64,000 bases of DNA, taken from Octopus vulgaris (taxonomy: Eukaryota). The translations under genes were made by a program, and so were the position numbers. Under the pieces are notes generated by a model that saw only the letters and a program-made list of their open reading frames with translations, was not told where the DNA came from and made no database searches. The stretch spans positions 9,362,001 through 9,426,000 of the forward strand of contig CATOCA020000001.1 in NCBI GenBank assembly GCA_951406725.2, in the 5' to 3' direction. This document shows positions 24,401 to 36,400 of this stretch, one piece after another (position 1 is the stretch's first letter; every line of letters starts with the position of its first letter).

Positions 24401-27400
24401 TCTGTGTTCGTGTGTCTGTCTCTGTCTGCATAGCATCTACCTCGCTCTGTCTGTGTTCGTGTGTTCGTTCTGTCTGCATAGCATACCTCGCTCTGTCTGT
24501 GTTCGTGTGTTCGTTCTGTCTGCATAGCATCTACCTCGCTCTGTCTGTGTTCGTGTGTTCGTTCTGTCTGCATAGCATCTACCTCGCTCTGTCTGTGTTC
24601 GTGTGTTCGTTCTGTCTGCATAGCATCTACCTCGCTCTGTCTGTGTTCGTGTGTTCGTTCTGTCTGCATAGCATCTACCTCGCTCTGTCTGTGTTCGTGT
24701 GTTCGTTCTGTCTGCATAGCATCTACCTCGCTCTGTCTGTGTTCGTGTGTTCGTTCTGTCTGCATAGCATCTACCTCGCTCTGTCTGTGTTTCGTGTGTT
24801 CGTTCTGTCTGCATAGCATCTACCTCGCTCTGTCTGTGTTCGTGTGTTCGTTCTGTCTGCATAGCATCTACCTCGCTCTGTCTGTCTGTAGTGTGTGTTC
24901 GTTCTGTCTGCATAGCATCTACCTCGCTCTGTCTGTCTTCGTGTGTTCGTTCTGTCTGCATAGCATCTACCTCGCTCTGTCTGTGTTCGTGTGTTCGTTC
25001 TGTCTGCATAGCATCTACCTCGCTCTGTCTGTGTTCGTGTGTTCGTTCTGTCTGCATAGCATCTACCTCGCTCTGTCTGTGTTACGTGTGTTCGTTCTGT
25101 CTGCATAGCATCTACCTCGCTCTGTCTGTGTACGTGTGTTCGTTCTGTCTGCATAGCATCTACCTCGCTCTGTCTGTGTTCGTGTGTTCGTTCTGTCTGC
25201 ATAGCATCTACCTCGCTCTGTCTGTGTTCGTGTGTTCGTTCTGTCTGCATAGCATCTACCTCGCTCTGTCTGTGTTCGTGTGTTCGTTCTGTCTGCATAG
25301 CATCTACCTCGCTCTGTCTGTGTTCGTGTGTTCGTTCTGTCTGCATAGCATCTACCTCGCTCTGTCTGTGTTCGTGTGTTCGTTCTGTCTGCATAGCATC
25401 TACCTCGCTCTGTCTGTGTTCGTGTGTTCGTTCTGTCTGCATAGCATCTACCTCGCTCTGTCTGTGTTCGTGTGTTCGTTCTGTCTGCATAGCATCTACC
25501 TCGCTCTGTCTGTGTTCGTGTGTTCGTTCTGTCTGCATAGCATCTACCTCGCTCTGTCTGTGTTCGTGTGTTCGTTCTGTCTGCATAGCATCTACCTCGC
25601 TCTGTCTGTGTTCGTGTGTTCGTTCTGTCTGCATAGCATCTACCTCGCTCTGTCTGTGTTCGTGTGTTCGTTCTGTCTGCATAGCATCTACCTCGCTCTG
25701 TCTGTGTTCGTGTGTTCGTTCTGTCTGCATAGCATCTACCTCGCTCTGTCTGTGTTCGTGTGTTCGTTCTGTCTGCATAGCATCTACCTCGCTCTGTCTG
25801 TGTTCGTGTGTTCGTTCTGTCTGCATAGCATCTACCTCGCTCTGTCTGTGTTCGTGTGTTCGTTCTGTCTGCATAGCATCTACCTCGCTCTGTCTGTGTT
25901 CGTGTGTTCGTTCTGTCTGCATAGCATCTACCTCGCTCTGTCTGTGTTCGTGTGTTCGTTCTGTCTGCATAGCATCTACCTCGCTCTGTCTGTGTACGTG
26001 TGTTCGTTCTGTCTGCATAGCATCTACCTCGCTCTGTCTGTGTTCGTGTGTTCGTTCTGTCTGCATAGCATCTACCTCGCTCTGTCTGTGTTCGTGTGTT
26101 CGTTTTGTCTGCATAGCATCTACCTCGCTCTGTCTGTGTTCGTGTGTTCGTTCTGTCTGCATAGCATCTACCTCGCTCTGTCTGTGTTCGTGTGTTCGTT
26201 CTGTCTGCATAGCATCTACCTCGCTCTGTCTGTGTGTACGTGTGTTCGTTTTGTCTGCATAGCATCTACCTCGCTCTGTCTGTGTTCGTGTGTTCGTTCT
26301 GTCTGCATAGCATCTACCTCGCTCTGTCTGTGTTCGTGTGTTCGTTCTGTCTGCATAGCATCTACCTCGCTCTGTCTGTGTTCGTGTGTTCGTTCTGTCT
26401 GCATAGCATCTACCTCGCTCTGTCTGTGTACGTGTGTTCGTTCTGTCTGCATAGCATCTACCTCGCTCTGTCTGTGTTCGTGTGTTCGTTCTGTCTGCAT
26501 AGCATCTACCTCGCTCTGTCTGTGTTCGTGTGTTCGTTCTGTCTGCATAGCATCTACCTCGCTCTGTCTGTGTTCGTGTGTTCGTTCTGTCTGCATAGCA
26601 TCTACCTCGCTCTGTCTGTGTTTCGTGTGTTCGTTCTGTCTGCATAGCATCTACCTCGCTCTGTCTGTGTTCGTGTGTTCGTTCTGTCTGCATAGCATCT
26701 ACCTCGCTCTGTCTGTGTTACGTGTGTTCGTTCTGTCTGCATAGCATCTACCTCGCTCTGTCTGTGTTCGTGTGTTCGTTCTGTCTGCATAGCATCTACC
26801 TCGCTCTGTCTGTGTTCGTGTGTTCGTTCTGTCTGCATAGCATCTACCTCGCTCTGTCTGTGTTCGTGTGTTCGTTCTGTCTGCATAGCATCTACCTCGC
26901 TCTGTCTGTGTTCGTGTGTTCGTTCTGTCTGCATAGCATCTACCTCGCTCTGTCTGTGTTCGTGTGTTCGTTCTGTCTGCATAGCATCTACCTCGCTCTG
27001 TCTGTGTTCGTGTGTTCGTTCTGTCTGCATAGCATCTACCTCGCTCTGTCTGTGTTCGTGTGTTCGTTCTGTCTGCATAGCATCTACCTCGCTCTGTCTG
27101 TGTTCGTGTGTTCGTTCTGTCTGCATAGCATCTACCTCGCTCTGTCTGTGTTCGTGTGTTCGTTCTGTCTGCATAGCATCTACCTCGCTCTGTCTGTGTT
27201 CGTGTGTTCGTTCTGTCTGCATAGCATCTACCTCGCTCTGTCTGTGTTCGTGTGTTCGTTCTGTCTGCATAGCATCTACCTCGCTCTGTCTGTGTACGTG
27301 TGTTCGTTCTGTCTGCATAGCATCTACCTCGCTCTGTCTGTGTTCGTGTGTTCGTTCTGTCTGCATAGCATCTACCTCGCTCTGTCTGTGTTCGTGTGTT

Positions 27401-30400
27401 CGTTCTGTCTGCATAGCATCTACCTCGCTCTGTCTGTGTTCGTGTGTTCGTTCTGTCTGCATAGCATCTACCTCGCTCTGTCTGTGTTCGTGTGTTCGTT
27501 CTGTCTGCATAGCATCTACCTCGCTCTGTCTGTGTTCGTGTGTTCGTTCTGTCTGCATAGCATCTACCTCGCTCTGTCTGTGTTCGTGTGTTCGTTCTGT
27601 CTGCATAGCATCTACCTCGCTCTGTCTGTGTTCGTGTGTTCGTTCTGTCTGCATAGCATCTACCTCGCTCTGTCTGTGTTCGTGTGTTCGTTCTGTCTGC
27701 ATAGCATCTACCTCGCTCTGTCTGTGTTCGTGTGTTCGTTCTGTCTGCATAGCATCTACCTCGCTCTGTCTGTGTTACGTGTGTTCGTTCTGTCTGCATA
27801 GCATCTACCTCGCTCTGTCTGTGTACGTGTGTTCGTTCTGTCTGCATAGCATCTACCTCGCTCTGTCTGTGTTCGTGTGTTCGTTCTGTCTGCATAGCAT
27901 CTACCTCGCTCTGTCTGTGTTCGTGTGTTCGTTCTGTCTGCATAGCATCTACCTCGCTCTGTCTGTGTTCGTGTGTTCGTTCTGTCTGCATAGCATCTAC
28001 CTCGCTCTGTCTGTGTTCGTGTGTTCGTTCTGTCTGCATAGCATCTACCTCGCTCTGTCTGTGTTCGTGTGTTCGTTCTGTCTGCATAGCATCTACCTCG
28101 CTCTGTCTGTGTTACGTGTGTTCGTTCTGTCTGCATAGCATCTACCTCGCTCTGTCTGTGTTACGTGTGTTCGTTCTGTCTGCATAGCATCTACCTCGCT
28201 CTGTCTGTGTTCGTGTGTTCGTTCTGTCTGCATAGCATCTACCTCGCTCTGTCTGTGTTCGTGTGTTCGTTCTGTCTGCATAGCATCTACCTCGCTCTGT
28301 CTGTGTTCGTGTGTTCGTTCTGTCTGCATAGCATCTACCTCGCTCTGTCTGTGTTCGTGTGTTCGTTCTGTCTGCATAGCATCTACCTCGCTCTGTCTGT
28401 GTTCGTGTGTTCGTTCTGTCTGCATAGCATCTACCTCGCTCTGTCTGTGTTCGTGTGTTCGTTCTGTCTGCATAGCATCTACCTCGCTCTGTCTGTGTTC
28501 GTGTGTTCGTTCTGTCTGCATAGCATCTACCTCGCTCTGTCTGTGTTCGTGTGTTCGTTCTGTCTGCATAGCATCTACCTCGCTCTGTCTGTGTTCGTGT
28601 GTTCGTTCTGTCTGCATAGCATCTACCTCGCTCTGTCTGTGTTCGTGTGTTCGTTCTGTCTGCATAGCATCTACCTCGCTCTGTCTGTGTTCGTGTGTTC
28701 GTTCTGTCTGCATAGCATCTACCTCGCTCTGTCTGTGTTCGTGTGTTCGTTCTGTCTGCATAGCATCTACCTCGCTCTGTCTGTGTTCGTGTGTTCGTTC
28801 TGTCTGCATAGCATCTACCTCGCTCTGTCTGTGTTCGTGTGTTCGTTCTGTCTGCATAGCATCTACCTCGCTCTGTCTGTGTTCGTGTGTTCGTTCTGTC
28901 TGCATAGCATCTACCTCGCTCTGTCTGTGTTCGTGTGTTCGTTCTGTCTGCATAGCATCTACCTCGCTCTGTCTGTGTTCGTGTGTTCGTTCTGTCTGCA
29001 TAGCATCTACCTCGCTCTGTCTGTGTTCGTGTGTTCGTTCTGTCTGCATAGCATCTACCTCGCTCTGTCTGTGTTCGTGTGTTCGTTCTGTCTGCATAGC
29101 ATCTACCTCGCTCTGTCTGTGTTCGTGTGTTCGTTCTGTCTGCATAGCATCTACCTCGCTCTGTCTGTGTTCGTGTGTTCGTTCTGTCTGCATAGCATCT
29201 ACCTCGCTCTGTCTGTGTTCGTGTGTTCGTTCTGTCTGCATAGCATCTACCTCGCTCTGTCTGTGTTCGTGTGTTCGTTCTGTCTGCATAGCATCTACCT
29301 CGCTCTGTCTGTGTTCGTGTGTTCGTTCTGTCTGCATAGCATCTACCTCGCTCTGTCTGTGTACGTGTGTTCGTTCTGTCTGCATAGCATCTACCTCGCT
29401 CTGTCTGTGTTCGTGTGTTCGTTCTGTCTGCATAGCATCTACCTCGCTCTGTCTGTGTTCGTGTGTTCGTTCTGTCTGCATAGCATCTACCTCGCTCTGT
29501 CTGTGTTCGTGTGTTCGTTCTGTCTGCATAGCATCTACCTCGCTCTGTCTGTGTTCGTGTGTTCGTTCTGTCTGCATAGCATCTACCTCGCTCTGTCTGT
29601 GTTCGTGTGTTCGTTCTGTCTGCATAGCATCTACCTCGCTCTGTCTGTGTTCGTGTGTTCGTTCTGTCTGCATAGCATCTACCTCGCTCTGTCTGTGTTC
29701 GTGTGTTCGTTCTGTCTGCATAGCATCTACCTCGCTCTGTCTGTGTTCGTGTGTTCGTTCTGTCTGCATAGCATCTACCTCGCTCTGTCTGTGTTCGTGT
29801 GTTCGTTCTGTCTGCATAGCATCTACCTCGCTCTGTCTGTGTTCGTGTGTTCGTTCTGTCTGCATAGCATCTACCTCGCTCTGTCTGTGTTCGTGTGTTC
29901 GTTCTGTCTGCATAGCATCTACCTCGCTCTGTCTGTGTTCGTGTGTTCGTTCTGTCTGCATAGCATCTACCTCGCTCTGTCTGTGTTCGTGTGTTCGTTC
30001 TGTCTGCATAGCATCTACCTCGCTCTGTCTGTGTTCGTGTGTTCGTTCTGTCTGCATAGCATCTACCTCGCTCTGTCTGTGTTCGTGTGTTCGTTCTGTC
30101 TGCATAGCATCTACCTCGCTCTGTCTGTGTTCGTGTGTTCGTTCTGTCTGCATAGCATCTACCTCGCTCTGTCTGTGTTACGTGTGTTCGTTCTGTCTGC
30201 ATAGCATCTACCTCGCTCTGTCTGTGTTCGTGTGTTCGTTCTGTCTGCATAGCATCTACCTCGCTCTGTCTGTGTTCGTGTGTTCGTTCTGTCTGCATAG
30301 CATCTACCTCGCTCTGTCTGTGTTCGTGTGTTCGTTCTGTCTGCATAGCATCTACCTCGCTCTGTCTGTGTTCGTGTGTTCGTTCTGTCTGCATAGCATC

Positions 30401-33400
30401 TACCTCGCTCTGTCTGTGTTCGTGTGTTCGTTCTGTCTGCATAGCATCTACCTCGCTCTGTCTGTGTTCGTGTGTTCGTTCTGTCTGCATAGCATCTACC
30501 TCGCTCTGTCTGTGTTCGTGTGTTCGTTCTGTCTGCATAGCATCTACCTCGCTCTGTCTGTGTTCGTGTGTTCGTTCTGTCTGCATAGCATCTACCTCGC
30601 TCTGTCTGTGTTCGTGTGTTCGTTCTGTCTGCATAGCATCTACCTCGCTCTGTCTGTGTTCGTGTGTTCGTTCTGTCTGCATAGCATCTACCTCGCTCTG
30701 TCTGTGTTCGTGTGTTCGTTCTGTCTGCATAGCATCTACCTCGCTCTGTCTGTGTTCGTGTGTTCGTTCTGTCTGCATAGCATCTACCTCGCTCTGTCTG
30801 TGTTCGTGTGTTCGTTCTGTCTGCATAGCATCTACCTCGCTCTGTCTGTGTTCGTGTGTTCGTTCTGTCTGCATAGCATCTACCTCGCTCTGTCTGTGTT
30901 CGTGTGTTCGTTCTGTCTGCATAGCATCTACCTCGCTCTGTCTGTGTTCGTGTGTTCGTTCTGTCTGCATAGCATCTACCTCGCTCTGTCTGTGTTCGTG
31001 TGTTCGTTCTGTCTGCATAGCATCTACCTCGCTCTGTCTGTGTTCGTGTGTTCGTTCTGTCTGCATAGCATCTACCTCGCTCTGTCTGTGTTCGTGTGTT
31101 CGTTCTGTCTGCATAGCATCTACCTCGCTCTGTCTGTGTTCGTGTGTTCGTTCTGTCTGCATAGCATCTACCTCGCTCTGTCTGTGTTCGTGTGTTCGTT
31201 CTGTCTGCATAGCATCTACCTCGCTCTGTCTGTGTTCGTGTGTTCGTTCTGTCTGCATAGCATCTACCTCGCTCTGTCTGTGTTCGTGTGTTCGTTCTGT
31301 CTGCATAGCATCTACCTCGCTCTGTCTGTGTTCGTGTGTTCGTTCTGTCTGCATAGCATCTACCTCGCTCTGTCTGTGTTCGTGTGTTCGTTCTGTCTGC
31401 ATAGCATCTACCTCGCTCTGTCTGTGTTCGTGTGTTCGTTCTGTCTGCATAGCATCTACCTCGCTCTGTCTGTGTTCGTGTGTTCGTTCTGTCTGCATAG
31501 CATCTACCTCGCTCTGTCTGTGTTCGTGTGTTCGTTCTGTCTGCATAGCATCTACCTCGCTCTGTCTGTGTTCGTGTGTTCGTTCTGTCTGCATAGCATC
31601 TACCTCGCTCTGTCTGTGTTACGTGTGTTCGTTCTGTCTGCATAGCATCTACCTCGCTCTGTCTGTGTTCGTGTGTTCGTTCTGTCTGCATAGCATCTAC
31701 CTCGCTCTGTCTGTGTTACGTGTGTTCGTTCTGTCTGCATAGCATCTACCTCGCTCTGTCTGTGTTCGTGTGTTCGTTCTGTCTGCATAGCATCTACCTC
31801 GCTCTGTCTGTGTTCGTGTGTTCGTTCTGTCTGCATAGCATCTACCTCGCTCTGTCTGTGTTCGTGTGTTCGTTCTGTCTGCATAGCATCTACCTCGCTC
31901 TGTCTGTGTTCGTGTGTTCGTTCTGTCTGCATAGCATCTACCTCGCTCTGTCTGTGTTCGTGTGTTCGTTCTGTCTGCATAGCATCTACCTCGCTCTGTC
32001 TGTGTTCGTGTGTTCGTTCTGTCTGCATAGCATCTACCTCGCTCTGTCTGTGTTCGTGTGTTCGTTCTGTCTGCATAGCATCTACCTCGCTCTGTCTGTG
32101 TTCGTGTGTTCGTTCTGTCTGCATAGCATCTACCTCGCTCTGTCTGTGTTCGTGTGTTCGTTCTGTCTGCATAGCATCTACCTCGCTCTGTCTGTGTTAC
32201 GTGTGTTCGTTCTGTCTGCATAGCATCTACCTCGCTCTGTCTGTGTTCGTGTGTTCGTTCTGTCTGCATAGCATCTACCTCGCTCTGTCTGTGTTCGTGT
32301 GTTCGTTCTGTCTGCATAGCATCTACCTCGCTCTGTCTGTGTTCGTGTGTTCGTTCTGTCTGCATAGCATCTACCTCGCTCTGTCTGTGTTCGTGTGTTC
32401 GTTCTGTCTGCATAGCATCTACCTCGCTCTGTCTGTGTTCGTGTGTTCGTTCTGTCTGCATAGCATCTACCTCGCTCTGTCTGTGTTCGTGTGTTCGTTC
32501 TGTCTGCATAGCATCTACCTCGCTCTGTCTGTGTTACGTGTGTTCGTTCTGTCTGCATAGCATCTACCTCGCTCTGTCTGTGTTCGTGTGTTCGTTCTGT
32601 CTGCATAGCATCTACCTCGCTCTGTCTGTGTTCGTGTGTTCGTTCTGTCTGCATAGCATCTACCTCGCTCTGTCTGTGTTCGTGTGTTCGTTCTGTCTGC
32701 ATAGCATCTACCTCGCTCTGTCTGTGTACGTGTGTTCGTTCTGTCTGCATAGCATCTACCTCGCTCTGTCTGTGTTCGTGTGTTCGTTCTGTCTGCATAG
32801 CATCTACCTCGCTCTGTCTGTGTTACGTGTGTTCGTTCTGTCTGCATAGCATCTACCTCGCTCTGTCTGTGTTCGTGTGTTCGTTCTGTCTGCATAGCAT
32901 CTACCTCGCTCTGTCTGTGTTCGTGTGTTCGTTCTGTCTGCATAGCATCTACCTCGCTCTGTCTGTGTTCGTGTGTTCGTTCTGTCTGCATAGCATCTAC
33001 CTCGCTCTGTCTGTGTTCGTGTGTTCGTTCTGTCTGCATAGCATCTACCTCGCTCTGTCTGTGTTCGTGTGTTCGTTCTGTCTGCATAGCATCTACCTCG
33101 CTCTGTCTGTGTTCGTGTGTTCGTTCTGTCTGCATAGCATCTACCTCGCTCTGTCTGTGTTCGTGTGTTCGTTCTGTCTGCATAGCATCTACCTCGCTCT
33201 GTCTGTGTTCGTGTGTTCGTTCTGTCTGCATAGCATCTACCTCGCTCTGTCTGTGTTCGTGTGTTCGTTCTGTCTGCATAGCATCTACCTCGCTCTGTCT
33301 GTGTTCGTGTGTTCGTTCTGTCTGCATAGCATCTACCTCGCTCTGTCTGTGTTCGTGTGTTCGTTCTGTCTGCATAGCATCTACCTCGCTCTGTCTGTGT

Positions 33401-36400
33401 TCGTGTGTTCGTTCTGTCTGCATAGCATCTACCTCGCTCTGTCTGTGTTCGTGTGTTCGTTCTGTCTGCATAGCATCTACCTCGCTCTGTCTGTGTTCGT
33501 GTGTTCGTTCTGTCTGCATAGCATCTACCTCGCTCTGTCTGTGTTCGTGTGTTCGTTCTGTCTGCATAGCATCTACCTCGCTCTGTCTGTGTTCGTGTGT
33601 TCGTTCTGTCTGCATAGCATCTACCTCGCTCTGTCTGTGTTCGTGTGTTCGTTCTGTCTGCATAGCATCTACCTCGCTCTGTCTGTGTTCGTGTGTTCGT
33701 TCTGTCTGCATAGCATCTACCTCGCTCTGTCTGTGTTCGTGTGTTCGTTCTGTCTGCATAGCATCTACCTCGCTCTGTCTGTGTTCGTGTGTTCGTTCTG
33801 TCTGCATAGCATCTACCTCGCTCTGTCTGTGTGTACGTGTGTTCGTTCTGTCTGCATAGCATCGACCGCGCATTGTATGTGTTCGTGTGTTCGTTCTGTC
33901 TGCATAGCATCTACCTCGCTCTGTCTGTGTTCGTGTGTTCGTTCTGTCTGCATAGCATCTACCTCGCTCTGTCTGTGTTACGTGTGTTCGTTCTGTCTGC
34001 ATAGCATCTACCTCGCTCTGTCTGTGTTCGTGTGTTCGTTCTGTCTGCATAGCATCTACCTCGCTCTGTCTGTGTTCGTGTGTTCGTTCTGTCTGCATAG
34101 CATCTACCTCGCTCTGTCTGTGTTCGTGTGTTCGTTCTGTCTGCATAGCATCTACCTCGCTCTGTCTGTGTTCGTGTGTTCGTTCTGTCTGCATAGCATC
34201 TACCTCGCTCTGTCTGTGTTCGTGTGTTCGTTCTGTCTGCATAGCATCTACCTCGCTCTGTCTGTGTTCGTGTGTTCGTTCTGTCTGCATAGCATCTACC
34301 TCGCTCTGTCTGTGTACGTGTGTTCGTTCTGTCTGCATAGCATCTACCTCGCTCTGTCTGTGTTCGTGTGTTCGTTCTGTCTGCATAGCATCTACCTCGC
34401 TCTGTCTGTGTTCGTGTGTTCGTTCTGTCTGCATAGCATCTACCTCGCTCTGTCTGTGTTCGTGTGTTCGTTCTGTCTGCATAGCATCTACCTCGCTCTG
34501 TCTGTGTTCGTGTGTTCGTTCTGTCTGCATAGCATCTACCTCGCTCTGTCTGTGTTCGTGTGTTCGTTCTGTCTGCATAGCATCTACCTCGCTCTGTCTG
34601 TGTTCGTGTGTTCGTTCTGTCTGCATAGCATCTACCTCGCTCTGTCTGTGTTCGTGTGTTCGTTCTGTCTGCATAGCATCTACCTCGCTCTGTCTGTGTT
34701 CGTGTGTTCGTTCTGTCTGCATAGCATATCTACCTCGCTCTGTCTGTGTTACGTGTGTTCGTTCTGTCTGCATAGCATCTACCTCGCTCTGTCTGTGTTC
34801 GTGTGTTCGTTCTGTCTGCATAGCATCTACCTCGCTCTGTCTGTGTTCGTGTGTTCGTTCTGTCTGCATAGCATCTACCTCGCTCTGTCTGTGTTCGTGT
34901 GTTCGTTCTGTCTGCATAGCATCTACCTCGCTCTGTCTGTGTTCGTGTGTTCGTTCTGTCTGCATAGCATCTACCTCGCTCTGTCTGTGTTCGTGTGTTC
35001 GTTCTGTCTGCATAGCATCTACCTCGCTCTGTCTGTGTTCGTGTGTTCGTTCTGTCTGCATAGCATCTACCTCGCTCTGTCTGTGTTCGTGTGTTCGTTC
35101 TGTCTGCATAGCATCTACCTCGCTCTGTCTGTGTTCGTGTGTTCGTTCTGTCTGCATAGCATCTACCTCGCTCTGTCTGTGTTCGTGTGTTCGTTCTGTC
35201 TGCATAGCATCTACCTCGCTCTGTCTGTGTTCGTGTGTTCGTTCTGTCTGCATAGCATCTACCTCGCTCTGTCTGTGTTCGTGTGTTCGTTCTGTCTGCA
35301 TAGCATCTACCTCGCTCTGTCTGTGTTCGTGTGTTCGTTCTGTCTGCATAGCATCTACCTCGCTCTGTCTGTGTTCGTGTGTTCGTTCTGTCTGCATAGC
35401 ATCTACCTCGCTCTGTCTGTGTTCGTGTGTTCGTTCTGTCTGCATAGCATCTACCTCGCTCTGTCTGTGTTCGTGTGTTCGTTCTGTCTGCATAGCATCT
35501 ACCTCGCTCTGTCTGTGTTCGTGTGTTCGTTCTGTCTGCATAGCATCTACCTCGCTCTGTCTGTGTTCGTGTGTTCGTTCTGTCTGCATAGCATCTACCT
35601 CGCTCTGTCTGTGTTCGTGTGTTCGTTCTGTCTGCATAGCATCTACCTCGCTCTGTCTGTGTTCGTGTGTTCGTTCTGTCTGCATAGCATCTACCTCGCT
35701 CTGTCTGTGTTACGTGTGTTCGTTCTGTCTGCATAGCATCTACCTCGCTCTGTCTGTGTTCGTGTGTTCGTTCTGTCTGCATAGCATCTACCTCGCTCTG
35801 TCTGTGTTCGTGTGTTCGTTCTGTCTGCATAGCATCTACCTCGCTCTGTCTGTGTTCGTGTGTTCGTTCTGTCTGCATAGCATCTACCTCGCTCTGTCTG
35901 TGTTCGTGTGTTCGTTCTGTCTGCATAGCATCTACCTCGCTCTGTCTGTGTTCGTGTGTTCGTTCTGTCTGCATAGCATCTACCTCGCTCTGTCTGTGTT
36001 CGTGTGTTCGTTCTGTCTGCATAGCATCTACCTCGCTCTGTCTGTGTTCGTGTGTTCGTTCTGTCTGCATAGCATCTACCTCGCTCTGTCTGTGTTCGTG
36101 TGTTCGTTCTGTCTGCATAGCATCTACCTCGCTCTGTCTGTGTTCGTGTGTTCGTTCTGTCTGCATAGCATCTACCTCGCTCTGTCTGTGTTCGTGTGTT
36201 CGTTCTGTCTGCATAGCATCTACCTCGCTCTGTCTGTGTTCGTGTGTTCGTTCTGTCTGCATAGCATCTACCTCGCTCTGTCTGTGTTCGTGTGTTCGTT
36301 CTGTCTGCATAGCATCGACCGCGCTTTGTCTGTGTTCGTGTGTTCGTTCTGTCTGCATAGCATCTACCTCGCTCTGTCTGTGTTCGTGTGTTCGTTCTGT

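Noticed and set aside
22740-24900. Indel-rich degenerate monomers (also 650-720 and 49300-49539)
   Set aside because: The changes are non-recurrent small indels typical of low-coverage long-read consensus error, not biological subfamilies.
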